Origin: a virus | Lineage: Duplodnaviria > Caudoviricetes | Virus record (IMG/VR): IMGVR_UViG_3300027759_000005 | Span: 1,843-65,842 of that record | DNA length: 64,000 nt | Strand: one strand, 5' to 3' | Translations under genes and position numbers: made by a program | Notes under the pieces: model-generated | Seen by the model: only the letters and a program-made list of their open reading frames with translations | Database searches by the model: none | What the model was told of the DNA's origin: nothing | Shown: one piece after another, positions 19,501-29,394 of the stretch | How positions within the stretch are numbered: the stretch's first letter is position 1 | Layout of the letters: each line of letters begins with the position of its first letter

Positions 19501-22500
19501 GATTTAAGAAATCTCCTTGATTTGTTTTAAACTCAATATTAAGGTTTTTAGCGTTTTCTAGTTTTTTGGCTTCAAAACTAAGTAATCCCCTAATCGTTAA
19601 ATTATATGCTTTTGTTAATTCGTTTAATTTAATATCTTCATAAGGATCACTAACAGTTTCTAAAAATTCCAGATCAGAATTTGGATTAAAACCTAATTGA
19701 ATATTCACGTCAGAAGTAAATTCAGTCAATTGATTTAAAACATCTAAATCAAAATCACTTAAAACTTCACTTATTCCATCTTCATTAATATTAAATCCGT
19801 TTTTATAAATTTCTAGTGGATCAGCGCCTGAAGCTCGTTGTTTTTCCATTAACACTCTTCTTAATTGACGACTAGCATATTTTGATTTTATATATATATC
19901 ATTTTCAAAATGTATATTTATATCTTTTGATAAAATAAACCCTTTTAATATGTCTTCATCGTTAATTTTTCTTATATCTTCTTCTGTATTTCTATATAAT
20001 ATTTTAGCTGTCTCTAATTGATTTAAAACTAAATCTTTATTACTAGAAGGTAGTTCATTTGCAGCAAATTCTATTTTATTAAAATCTTGTTTCCACAAAT
20101 TTTGATTATCTCTAGTACCAGCCATTTCAACAATGTTCTTATCATTATATCTTACTGCTAATACCGGTATTTTACTATTTTTATTTGCTATTATATAGAA
20201 ATCACCATCAGATAATTGACTAGCCGCCATTTGCATAGAAGCACCAGTACACCAACTAGAACCTTTATATCCAGATTTTACACTGTAAGACGCTAATTTA
20301 TTAAGTGTTTTAATTTCTTTTTCGTCTGTACCTCTATTGAACTTATATAAACTATTATCTTCATCTACGTCTTGAATAAAATTACTATCAAAACTAATTG
20401 GCTTTTCATTCATTTTTTTAGCCAAATACAAAGCTCCAATTCCTACACTTTTATTATTTGAATAGTTTTTCCATATTTCTTTTAAAGTGTCAAGATCAGT
20501 ATAATCTTGTATTGGTTGTATAGTTGTTTTGTATTCTGATTTTTTTATAGACTTCCTAGTTATGTTTTCGTTTCCATCTGGATAATATCTATTACTAAGA
20601 ACATCTTTTAAAAATAAATATTTAAAAAACAAACTATAATCATGTGAATCAAATTCATTTGTAGTATCAGCTAATTGTTGTAAAGCTTTCTCTTGTTGAA
20701 GTTGTATTTTCTCTAATTCCTTTTGTCTAAACTTTTCATCGTTTTTCATTTTAGTCCAATAAGGAAGATGAACTTCTTCTTCTGGAATGTTTATAGATCT
20801 ATTTAACATAGTATCTATATAACCTTCTTTATACTCTTTAATTACCCATTCATTTTCACTGTAATCATCATATAAAGAATCAAACAAGTCAGAATATCTT
20901 TTTTCAATCTCTTTGTTTAATTCACTAGCAGATTTTAAAGTATGAAGTTTTTTAGTATTTACATCATCATCTTGAATATCAGATTGTTGTAAAGCTTTTA
21001 TTATCCAACCTTCATAGTCTTCAAGTTCGTCAGTGTTTATTCTAGATAAAAAATCTTTAAACTTACTTTGTGGTTCAGGTGCTGGTTCTTCTATTTCAGC
21101 AAGACTAAACTTTATAAAGTCAGAAGGATTACTAAATAACTCTTCGTATTTTGAAGAATACATAGGATTATCTCCTATCATGTTCGAAGGATTAGCAGTA
21201 ATATAATCTGGTTTTGGTCTAACAGGAATTTCTTCAACTAAACTAAACTTAACTATATCACTCTTACCTTTAGCCATATCATTAAGAACTTTTGCTCTAA
21301 TAATATCATCTTTAAGTTCGTTATATAAGTTTACATTTCTTTCAGCTACTCTTTCTAAAAAGTCTGGTTGTCTTAATAATCTTCTAGCTTCTTGTAAAAC
21401 CATTACATCACCAAAAAGTTCCATCAAAGCGGTTCTTCTATCAAAATAAGTTGTTGGTCTTAACTTACCACCATCTTTCTCACTAACTTCAGGTTCTTCT
21501 AATTGTTTTAGTTCTTCAGCAGCATTTTCACCACCGTATATTTTTATAATACGAGTAGCATCGTCAACACCATAAAAAGACTGTAAGAATTTTACTCTTG
21601 ATATATCTTTTATTTTTCTAAAATCACCTTTTTCATCTTGTTCTTTAAGTCTAGGAGGTAATTTTTTAGAAGCATAACTAGATTCTCCAGTAATAGGATC
21701 TACAGGGTGATTAATCACATCATATAATAATTTCCATTTATCATACATGAAAGATTCTATTTCTGGTCCATTTTTAAAAGTCATTCTTCTAGCCATTGTT
21801 TTTGACAATGTAGATAATCTCTCTTTAAAATTTCTATATTCTAATGTTTCTATATTTGGAGATCGTAATATCTCACGTCCAACCTCATCAGAAATGATTT
21901 TAGCAGGCGTATCTGGCATAGAAAGAGCTTCAAAGGTGTTTACCATCATTCCGGTTGAAAGATCATAAGATTTGAAAGATTTCAAAGCTTTTAATTCTTC
22001 CTTTTCTTCAAACGTTAAGTCTTTTTTTGCTTGTAATTGTAAACCTCTATCTAGATCTCTTATTTGTCTATTAAGATCTGCTATTTTAACTGGATCGGTT
22101 TCTGTTTTAAGTTTTCTATTAGCGGCTACTGTTGGATCAGATGCTTCTGTAACGAAGAATCCTCCAAAAGGAACTGTCTCTATATCTATTTGTTTACCGT
22201 CTTCATCCACAAATTTAAAAGTTGGATCACTAAGTAATACTGCTAATCCTCTTTGTTCGTCCGCAAAGTCTTGTTCAGCATCAAATACACTGTCTGAATC
22301 ATCTAAAAATGTACTTTCTTCCCCTGATTCACCAGCAAAATCGTCTTGAATTCTTTTTTCTTTAAAACCTTCACCTTGAATGTCTTCTGCAAATATTTGA
22401 GATGTTACGTTACCTGTTTTAAGGGCATCTTTCATCTTATTTGCTAATTGAGAATTTATATAAGCGTTTAAATCTGTATTTTCTTTTACAATGCCTTTTT

Positions 22501-25500
22501 TACCTTGATAACCTTTTTCGTCTTGAGTTTCGACTTTATCTTTAAACTCTTTACTATTAGGATCTAATCCTTTTGCTTCAAGTTCTTTTTTGTATTCTTC
22601 TCTCTTTTGAAAGAATTCTTTATTAAAATTACGAATAAGAGGGATCATCGCTAATTGCGTTTCGCTAACAAAGTCCATTTCGCTAAAGTCTGGTAAATTT
22701 GCATAACCAAGTCCTTTTGCTTTACCTTTTATTATATAGTCGTATTCATTTAATATATCGTACATTACTCTATTAATAACTGGATTTTCATCTTTGGAAT
22801 TACTTCCAGTACTCCAAGCTTCTTTATTGTATGTTTTATTTACGTCTCTTTTAATATCTTCTGAAGATTTTCTTTCGCTCAAAGAAAATTTAGCCACTGT
22901 AGTAAAGTTAGATCCTTCTTTTGGTTTACTAACTTCTTTAGTCTCTTTATTTTCTTTTTGTATGTTTATTTTAGCGCCTTCATTACTCATTTTAGTTAGA
23001 GCTTTACCCCAGTTACCTGTTTCAACGCTATGATTATAATCTTTTAAGAAATTATAAACATCTCTACCAGAATTAAATTTTATATCTTTTATACCTAAAT
23101 ATTGTAAAACTCTTCTTATTGTGTCTCCAAGTTTAGTAAAAGTACTTTCTTCGTATTTTATATGTCCTCTTCTTAAAGCATCAGAATAAGTTGTTAAAGC
23201 TTCTTCCCACATAACACCATCTATTTTATTGAGCATGTCATTGTGTGCTGCTTTTAACGCTGCTATTTTAGATGGATCACCATCCGCTTGTCTTAATTTT
23301 ATTTCGTATGAAGCTATTTCTTTTGCTTTTAATTCTACACTTTTATCAATGTATTGCTTTAATCTTTGCATAAACATTCCAGAAACTGGACTATCTTTCG
23401 ATCCTTTCTTTTGTAAAGCATCATGCATTTTCATTAACTCATTTGTTAATGCAGTACCAATTAGTTTTTGCGCTTCAGGATTATCTTTTAAAGTATTTTG
23501 CAATACTCCATGTAGAAACTCATGTTGTATAACACCAGCGTCCCTAGTTTTTGATTCATTAACTACAATTACTTGAGATTTATCGGAGATAGAATCTGCA
23601 TCTTTAGAATATTTTTTTAATGTTTTAGAATTTAACGCAAAACCAGGATTAACTAAATAATCATTAGCATCTTTCTCTGGCATATTCAATTCATTCATCA
23701 AGTAATCTTTAGTTTCCTCTGTACTTGAGAAAGTTTTCATTTCGATTCCTTTAGCCACTCCTTTTTTTATAGCATCAGCAATAGCTTTATTTTTAACCTT
23801 TAATTCACTTTCATATTGTATATCAACGATCTTCTGTCTTATTTCGTCTATTTTATCATCTATTTCACCATGAAAAGCTTTATCTACAGATTTCTTTTCA
23901 TTTTCTAGCTTAGTAATTTTATCTAACTCTCTCATAACAGGCATTGCTGCTTCTGGAGTTATAGTTTTACGTAGTTTATTTATGTTATCAGCATATATAT
24001 CTACATCTTTCTTTAAGTTGTCTGCTTGTTCTACTGTAAAAACTTTTTGATTAACTAAACCATCTATAATTTTAGTGAACTCTTTTTTATTTTTAGCAAG
24101 TGTACTTAACGATGTTAAATTATCTATGTTTTCATCTGGAGAATGAAAGTCAGGTAGTTTCATTTTAGATATAAGACCTGAAGATAAAAAAGATAAAATA
24201 GAGGTATTTACGAAATCATCGCCAGACATAACTTCGTTCATTATCTTTTTACCAGCTTCAAGATTTGTTATTTTATTTGCGCCAATCTCACCTACTTGCT
24301 GTATGTTTTCTTGAATAACTTCTTTACCACCTTCCTCAGCGAAACCTATCATGTTTTTAGGAGCGTTTTTAACAATATCATCTAAATATTGCATGAAACC
24401 TTTTTCACCTTGTTTAGTATATTGGTCTATAGCTTTTTTTATTATATTCTTAGGTCCAAATAAGTTCTCAGCAACTTGAGTTTGAGGGTTTATTATACCA
24501 GTAACACTATATAATACAGCTAATCTTTGAGCAGCTGAAGAAGCTAATTTAAAAGCTTCTCCATCTGTTATACCATTTTCTCTAGCTGCTTTTAAAGTTT
24601 CTTCATATCCTTGAGTATAACCTAAAGCACCTTGTGCTATCATAGAATAACCTTCTGCTCTTTGCAGTGGTATCATCTTTAAAGCATTTGATGTATCATT
24701 TAAAAAAGAACTAAATTTTGTGGCTCTTTGAGCTCCACTTAATGCTAATCTTGTTTCTGTAGCTATTGCTCCAAATTGACCAACGCCACGTGTTAAAGCG
24801 GCTTGAATGATCATATCACCCATTACATTAGCAGTTTGAGTCGCCGCACCTTGACCGCTAAAAGCCCAATCTGACGGTGCATATTTAGAGTCACTTAATA
24901 TTTTTTCATAAGTGCTTTTACCTAATAAATCCGTAACTCTTATCTTAGCATCTTTATCATATACTTGACCTCTAGAATCAACTATATAATCGGTACCATT
25001 GTATTTTACTAATTTACCTGAAGCATAGGCAAAACCTCTATTGTCTGGTCTAGATAATTGAGTTTGTTCTGCGTTTAATCTTATGCCTTCAGCAACATCA
25101 GTCATTCCTAATTTTTCATAAACTACTGGACTTACTTGATCCAATCTGTCTATCATACCATACCAACCAGCTCTACCAATTTTACCAGGTGTGTCCCAAG
25201 ACCAAAAATCAGAAGAACCTTTCTTAGATTCTTCATATAATTTAGCATTCTCGGCATCTCTATCTTTTAATTTTTGAGCAACACTTGGAAAATTATTTTC
25301 AATGTATTTTGCTGTTTTATTTTGATCAAATAAAGATCTATTTATTATTTGTTTTTCTTTTATATTACCAGATACTAATTCTATCTCTTGATTTAAGTCT
25401 TGTTTGGTATAATCACGTCTTTGCATGTTATCCATGTACAAGTTTAACATACGTTTTTTAGCTAGTTCATCTGCTAACTTATAATCGTAACCGGTCATAA

Positions 25501-26227
25501 AGTTAGATCCTTGTCCACTAAATAAACCTCTTTCTTTCTTGTCTAAATAATCTTGCTTGTATCCGTTTTTATTTAAGAAACCATCGAAGTCTTCGGTGTT
25601 TACACCTAAACCTTCTAATTCTGTTCTACTATAATTTTCATCAATAAAATTATCTTCTTGATTTTGTTTTTTAGAAGAATAATATAAATAAGGATGATCA
25701 AGATCAGAATCTGTTTCTTGTATCTTACTCTTAAGTCTTGCTATTTCATTTAAACTATCTACATGTTCTGTAGAGTTAGGTTTTAAATCATATATTTCTT
25801 CTGGTTTTGATACTTTGACTTTCTTTTGTTCTGGTAAAGAACCTAATCTTTGTTTGTAATCTCCTTTACCTAAAAGTGCTTTTAATTCTTGATAGTCTTT
25901 GTTAAAATTTGTTTGAGCACCATATAAATCATTAATATCTGCGTTGGATCTACGATAAGTAGAAGGAGGAGGAGCATCTCCTCTCTTCTGCATTATTTCT
26001 AAATCGTCTTCGTTTGCTAGTCTATATTTTTGTGAACCCGAAGAACCACTTGCCTGCTTGGATTCCGTATTTTGTGCTTTCTTTTTCGGCATCACGCCCG
26101 CACTCTTCGCAACGCCTTTTAACTTTTTTGCATTTGGATTCTCCATTAAAAAGTTAATTCTTTCAAAATCTGAATAATTAGACAAATCTACTTGTGATCC
26201 ATCCGGTAATGAATATACTTCTTCCAT
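16580..26227 (-). CDS. giant internal virion/ejection polyvalent protein (3215 aa)
   Basis: Last gene of the structural operon; HExxH (QHEFLH) zincin motif; four KFSL junction motifs; SWC-containing and LRR-like insert. Confidence 0.7.
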   Translation of the reverse strand: MEEVYSLPDGSQVDLSNYSDFERINFLMENPNAKKLKGVAKSAGVMPKKKAQNTESKQASGSSGSQKYRLANEDDLEIMQKRGDAPPPSTYRRSNADINDLYGAQTNFNKDYQELKALLGKGDYKQRLGSLPEQKKVKVSKPEEIYDLKPNSTEHVDSLNEIARLKSKIQETDSDLDHPYLYYSSKKQNQEDNFIDENYSRTELEGLGVNTEDFDGFLNKNGYKQDYLDKKERGLFSGQGSNFMTGYDYKLADELAKKRMLNLYMDNMQRRDYTKQDLNQEIELVSGNIKEKQIINRSLFDQNKTAKYIENNFPSVAQKLKDRDAENAKLYEESKKGSSDFWSWDTPGKIGRAGWYGMIDRLDQVSPVVYEKLGMTDVAEGIRLNAEQTQLSRPDNRGFAYASGKLVKYNGTDYIVDSRGQVYDKDAKIRVTDLLGKSTYEKILSDSKYAPSDWAFSGQGAATQTANVMGDMIIQAALTRGVGQFGAIATETRLALSGAQRATKFSSFLNDTSNALKMIPLQRAEGYSMIAQGALGYTQGYEETLKAARENGITDGEAFKLASSAAQRLAVLYSVTGIINPQTQVAENLFGPKNIIKKAIDQYTKQGEKGFMQYLDDIVKNAPKNMIGFAEEGGKEVIQENIQQVGEIGANKITNLEAGKKIMNEVMSGDDFVNTSILSFLSSGLISKMKLPDFHSPDENIDNLTSLSTLAKNKKEFTKIIDGLVNQKVFTVEQADNLKKDVDIYADNINKLRKTITPEAAMPVMRELDKITKLENEKKSVDKAFHGEIDDKIDEIRQKIVDIQYESELKVKNKAIADAIKKGVAKGIEMKTFSSTEETKDYLMNELNMPEKDANDYLVNPGFALNSKTLKKYSKDADSISDKSQVIVVNESKTRDAGVIQHEFLHGVLQNTLKDNPEAQKLIGTALTNELMKMHDALQKKGSKDSPVSGMFMQRLKQYIDKSVELKAKEIASYEIKLRQADGDPSKIAALKAAHNDMLNKIDGVMWEEALTTYSDALRRGHIKYEESTFTKLGDTIRRVLQYLGIKDIKFNSGRDVYNFLKDYNHSVETGNWGKALTKMSNEGAKINIQKENKETKEVSKPKEGSNFTTVAKFSLSERKSSEDIKRDVNKTYNKEAWSTGSNSKDENPVINRVMYDILNEYDYIIKGKAKGLGYANLPDFSEMDFVSETQLAMIPLIRNFNKEFFQKREEYKKELEAKGLDPNSKEFKDKVETQDEKGYQGKKGIVKENTDLNAYINSQLANKMKDALKTGNVTSQIFAEDIQGEGFKEKRIQDDFAGESGEESTFLDDSDSVFDAEQDFADEQRGLAVLLSDPTFKFVDEDGKQIDIETVPFGGFFVTEASDPTVAANRKLKTETDPVKIADLNRQIRDLDRGLQLQAKKDLTFEEKEELKALKSFKSYDLSTGMMVNTFEALSMPDTPAKIISDEVGREILRSPNIETLEYRNFKERLSTLSKTMARRMTFKNGPEIESFMYDKWKLLYDVINHPVDPITGESSYASKKLPPRLKEQDEKGDFRKIKDISRVKFLQSFYGVDDATRIIKIYGGENAAEELKQLEEPEVSEKDGGKLRPTTYFDRRTALMELFGDVMVLQEARRLLRQPDFLERVAERNVNLYNELKDDIIRAKVLNDMAKGKSDIVKFSLVEEIPVRPKPDYITANPSNMIGDNPMYSSKYEELFSNPSDFIKFSLAEIEEPAPEPQSKFKDFLSRINTDELEDYEGWIIKALQQSDIQDDDVNTKKLHTLKSASELNKEIEKRYSDLFDSLYDDYSENEWVIKEYKEGYIDTMLNRSINIPEEEVHLPYWTKMKNDEKFRQKELEKIQLQQEKALQQLADTTNEFDSHDYSLFFKYLFLKDVLSNRYYPDGNENITRKSIKKSEYKTTIQPIQDYTDLDTLKEIWKNYSNNKSVGIGALYLAKKMNEKPISFDSNFIQDVDEDNSLYKFNRGTDEKEIKTLNKLASYSVKSGYKGSSWCTGASMQMAASQLSDGDFYIIANKNSKIPVLAVRYNDKNIVEMAGTRDNQNLWKQDFNKIEFAANELPSSNKDLVLNQLETAKILYRNTEEDIRKINDEDILKGFILSKDINIHFENDIYIKSKYASRQLRRVLMEKQRASGADPLEIYKNGFNINEDGISEVLSDFDLDVLNQLTEFTSDVNIQLGFNPNSDLEFLETVSDPYEDIKLNELTKAYNLTIRGLLSFEAKKLENAKNLNIEFKTNQGDFLNLPSKIDYNISLDFYDSDPVDTEAGTNIFYEPVDISGRNLELYFNDQETEEIVLSNLQNANTVSIAGVVTNAIKLPSKLKTLSTENIESISGGNIEVTGLKELENLNMEMTGFDNLWFSYLKKVKKLDIIDRGEYDEDVEDTIKESEVFKLAEVVYYTYEDHNTGEFATKKLKSKPAEPIKFSLAEEENGKLSNFLEGLPFTEQWVVARDIDNAIKNAKIADGTKVTFKVPSRSKMSDKSTAYFIIQKVAEGYNDFEFTVKKNANRPLTKQVLDALDYKSKKYQEIVEMNNNIEKTINDIIEENKGVKSEEKFSPETAKNLGKNVGRHKIYLPPEDEDFEGLLYTLASASGIRGEEQLEFLRNTLLKPYSDAMLNLMKARQTMYKDWTDLINKKHKGVSKILKQDCGYGGYLYDQAVRVYLWKKAGYEIPGLDKKDIFNLVEKVRTDPKLRKFADDVSLLSKQANGWTKPGHNWGFGSVVGDINDIISKSNRAKYLEHWTKNVEKAFSKDNMSKIEAVYGRKYATALRNTLDRMKTGSNRVDGANDNLLNWLNGATAVTMFANMRSALLQTLGAINFINTSDNNILKAGAALLNVPQYTKDFFTIWNSDYLRDRRSGLMNDVAEAELAQLMNDPRNKSILDKFKAVNYWILKQGYAPTRLADSFAIALGGAGFYRNRINTYLKSGMTEDEAKKATMRDFYQVSESSQQSADVSKISMNQASVKGRLILAFQNTPLQYSRLIKRSAIDLIKGRGSVPNNIAKILYYGAVQNIMFNFMQNALFSLLWDDEDEQKKARFDSAKVRALSGTMDTLLRGSGLQGAILATVKNIIVKWYEKSGDPKGWGDVLLEAANLSPSIGIKARALAKSYKAVEYNKDEILYKGFSPDNVYALEALTSLTSASTNLPVDRLYVKTQNLSNALNSDFEAWERLAFFMGFNEWNLGLGKNKNVEMSSSGSLKIPELKTSELKTNELKMP

Positions 26228-26237
26228 GTGTTATTAT

Positions 26238-28028
26238 TTAATTTGATCTTTGGTATCTTGCTTTATATTGTTCTAATGATTCTCCGTTTGCTCTAGGATT
26301 TTTTTCTGTCCAAACTCTTAGATCTTCTAATCTAGCTTCTGTTAGTTTACCTTGCAACTTCTTTTTCTCTCCTTCTCCAGCTGTTTGGTCTAAAGCAAAT
26401 CTAACTCTGTCATAGGCTTTGTTAAAATTATATCCAGTAACTGGTTTATAAGCTCCTTCGCCTTTTTTCATGTATATTTTACTATTACCAAACGCTTTTG
26501 AGAATAACTTATCAGGATTTGTTGTTAATTCACCTTTTTTATAAGCTTCTGCAATAGTCAAACCTGTATTGTATTTTCCTTTTACATAAGGTAGTTCTAA
26601 ATATTTTTTATATAGATCTTCCTTTGTAATGTATTTATCAGATTCTCCAGCTAAATTATTAATTTGTGTAACTAATTCTCTTCTATCTCTAAAATCTACT
26701 TGTCCAGGAGTATAATTTTTATTTTTATTAGCGCCAGATCCTTTTATTATATTATCATAATACTCTGATTGATAAGGCGTTTCATCTTGTTTATCTTGAT
26801 CACTGTTAGTAGAACTAGAATCACTAGGTTTTTCTTTCATACTAATATTAGGACTAGGATTCCAATAGATAGTTCCATTCTTAGTAGTTGTTCTTTCTAG
26901 ATTTTTAGTGACAGAATTCATTGCGTCATCAGTCATCAAGGTTTTTAGTATTTGTAATTTTTCTTCGTCACTTTTATTAGCAAAAGTTTTATCATATTGA
27001 CCAAGACCTTGTTTCAAAGTGTAATCGAAAAAAGCTCTCATTTTAGCAGGTTTTGTAGCATATGTAGATAATAAACCTTTAGCACTAATCTCTGCTTTTT
27101 CTTGTATACCTTTTCTTATTGCATCTATTTGTATTCTCTGACCTTCACGTATTTGATATATATCTTTAGTTTTACCATCAGAACTACCTCTACTATCTAA
27201 GTCAAAAGTTTCATATGTTTGTTGTAAAAATCCAGGTAGAACATTACCTCCTTTTTCGTCAAAATATGTTTTCTTAGCATCGTTTATAAACGCATCATTA
27301 TTCTCTACTGGTATCAATAAACCATTGTTTGATTCCTCATCTGATTTATTAAACTCTTTAGAATCTATTACAACACTAAATTCTTTTCCAGTTTCATTAT
27401 GATGTCCAGAAACTGTTAATAATAGTCCATCTCCATTTGCGTTTTTCTTTACATCTATTCTAGAATCTTTCACAAATGCAGAATTACCACCTAATACTTC
27501 TAAAGCAGCTGTATTGTTTAGTATTTCTTCAGGAGTTCCTCCGTTAACCACATTTCCACCTATTTCTCCTAGTTTATTAGAAGGTGTTTTAAGTCTATAA
27601 GTAGCTACTTGACCAGCTAAATTTTTAGCAAATACACCAGAAGTCTCTAATAATAAATCTGCATTTCTTATTGACTTTAAATATTCTGCTCTTTTACCAG
27701 GATCACTTTCGTTTTCTAAAAGTAATCTATTGTCTGCGGCAGTAACTATATCACCTTGTATGATACTTTGTATTTGCTTATCCGCTTCACCATTAACTTC
27801 AGTTTGCTTAGATTGCCAAGTAGATAATTTATCATTATAATAAAGATCTAACTTGTTCTTTCTTTCTCTTAGTTTTTGTAAAGTTAATTCTTGTTGTTTT
27901 TCTTCAGCTCTTCTTCTTTCTCCTAAACCAATTAACGCTTGTGAAACAGTGTTAGCAGCTTGTGATATATATGCAGCGGTATTATCATTACCACTTCTTA
28001 TTATAGGAGGATTTTCATAATATCCCAT
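26238..28028 (-). CDS. internal virion/ejection protein
   Basis: Position between pilot and giant protein; N-terminal helical charged region. Confidence 0.55.
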   Translation of the reverse strand: MGYYENPPIIRSGNDNTAAYISQAANTVSQALIGLGERRRAEEKQQELTLQKLRERKNKLDLYYNDKLSTWQSKQTEVNGEADKQIQSIIQGDIVTAADNRLLLENESDPGKRAEYLKSIRNADLLLETSGVFAKNLAGQVATYRLKTPSNKLGEIGGNVVNGGTPEEILNNTAALEVLGGNSAFVKDSRIDVKKNANGDGLLLTVSGHHNETGKEFSVVIDSKEFNKSDEESNNGLLIPVENNDAFINDAKKTYFDEKGGNVLPGFLQQTYETFDLDSRGSSDGKTKDIYQIREGQRIQIDAIRKGIQEKAEISAKGLLSTYATKPAKMRAFFDYTLKQGLGQYDKTFANKSDEEKLQILKTLMTDDAMNSVTKNLERTTTKNGTIYWNPSPNISMKEKPSDSSSTNSDQDKQDETPYQSEYYDNIIKGSGANKNKNYTPGQVDFRDRRELVTQINNLAGESDKYITKEDLYKKYLELPYVKGKYNTGLTIAEAYKKGELTTNPDKLFSKAFGNSKIYMKKGEGAYKPVTGYNFNKAYDRVRFALDQTAGEGEKKKLQGKLTEARLEDLRVWTEKNPRANGESLEQYKARYQRSN

Positions 28029-28031
28029 GTC

Positions 28032-28970
28032 TTATAATTGTTTAAATTCAACATCGATTAAAGAGTAATCTACTAAATCAAAACCATCTTCATGTCTTAT
28101 AACAGCTTCATCAGGAATTTCATCTGACATAACTCCTTGCCAAAGTCCTTTACCAAATCTCTCATCTATATATTCAAAAGAATAAATATTTATTCCTTTT
28201 TCAGAAATACCTATTTTGTTTATATTTTTCTTTAATCTTCTATCGGATAAAGCTCCAATCGCACCACCAGCAATACTACCTACAGCTCCAATACCAGCGC
28301 CAATAGCATTACTTTGCGCATTTTTAGCACTAGCAGCATTTGCTTGAAATTGAGCTTGTTGTCCTGCTAATCTGTTTAATTTTGCAATATCTCTAGACTC
28401 TTGTTCTCCATACTTGAATTTAATACCTTCTGCTTCAGCTGTCTGCAATCTTACTCCCTCTTGATATTTAGCATTTTGTATTCTTCTTTGTTCTTCTATT
28501 TTAGCACTTTGAAGTTCTGCTTGTCCTTGAGCTCTTAATTTTTCGTTATCAGCTTCTTGTTTTTCAATGCTAGCAGCAACACCTTTCTTACTATCTAAAG
28601 CGGCTTGCGCTAAAGCAGTTGCACCACCGGCACTTGCGCCTGTAGCTCTTAACGTGTCTAAAGTGTTCGCCAATGCTTTATCTGACTCTTCAGCCTGCAT
28701 TTTAGCAGCTTGTGTTGATACACCTAAACTAGCATAAGGATTAGTCATTCCACCAGATAAATCTTTAGCGGTATCACTAAGATCACGCATGTTTGCATAA
28801 GGATTTGGTATAGCTTGTCTATTAGCTTCTAAATCATCTATTTGCCATTGTTTCCATTCTGCTTCATTAGCAAAACCTTGTGCCGCTTGTTTTGCTTGAT
28901 TAGCTGCTATTGCAGATCCAGCAACTGACACTCCAACGCCAACTGCTGCTATAGTTGATACTACTGCCAT
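28032..28970 (-). CDS. ejection/DNA pilot-like protein with C-terminal peptidase S74 (intramolecular chaperone) domain
   Basis: Ala/Gly-rich hydrophobic ends, Q/A coiled coil, SDRRLKKNI...GVM...VDYS. Confidence 0.7.
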   Translation of the reverse strand: MAVVSTIAAVGVGVSVAGSAIAANQAKQAAQGFANEAEWKQWQIDDLEANRQAIPNPYANMRDLSDTAKDLSGGMTNPYASLGVSTQAAKMQAEESDKALANTLDTLRATGASAGGATALAQAALDSKKGVAASIEKQEADNEKLRAQGQAELQSAKIEEQRRIQNAKYQEGVRLQTAEAEGIKFKYGEQESRDIAKLNRLAGQQAQFQANAASAKNAQSNAIGAGIGAVGSIAGGAIGALSDRRLKKNINKIGISEKGINIYSFEYIDERFGKGLWQGVMSDEIPDEAVIRHEDGFDLVDYSLIDVEFKQL

Positions 28971-28973
28971 AAT

Positions 28974-29384
28974 TTATATTTTTTTTGAAATTTCGTGTGA
29001 AGGATTTTTGTCAACTGTAAAACCTAATTCTTCATGTATATTAAGTAGACTTTTATTTTGAGTAACACTAAGTATAACTCCTGCTCCAGTGTTTTTAGCT
29101 ACTTGTTCTAAAGAACTTATTAATAGTGCTACAGCTTCTTTTTTATTTTTTTCTCTATAGTTTTTATCAGATATTATCCACTCCATCCAAGCTACTTTAG
29201 AATTTGTTAGATATAGAAAACCAGCTACAATAGGCGCGTTATCACACTCAACTATTAAACCACCAATTCCATTCATTGGCAACATTTCTTTTGTAGGATG
29301 TATTTTCCATTCTTCCCATGATAACCACCAATTCACTAATGTATCCCAATCTGATTCTTTTAATTCTCTTACTTTTAATTCCAT
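28974..29384 (-). CDS. GNAT-fold acetyltransferase-like virion-module protein
   Basis: Sequence pattern ...YREK...LI..LE..AK..G...LGF; typical position before ejection genes. Confidence 0.55.
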   Translation of the reverse strand: MELKVRELKESDWDTLVNWWLSWEEWKIHPTKEMLPMNGIGGLIVECDNAPIVAGFLYLTNSKVAWMEWIISDKNYREKNKKEAVALLISSLEQVAKNTGAGVILSVTQNKSLLNIHEELGFTVDKNPSHEISKKI

Positions 29385-29394
29385 TTAATTTAAT

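Noticed and set aside
16580-26227. Giant protein as a crAss/N4-type virion RNA polymerase
   Set aside because: No DxDxD catalytic motif seen; the closest is EDFDGF, which lacks the final Asp. It cannot be fully excluded without a structure search.
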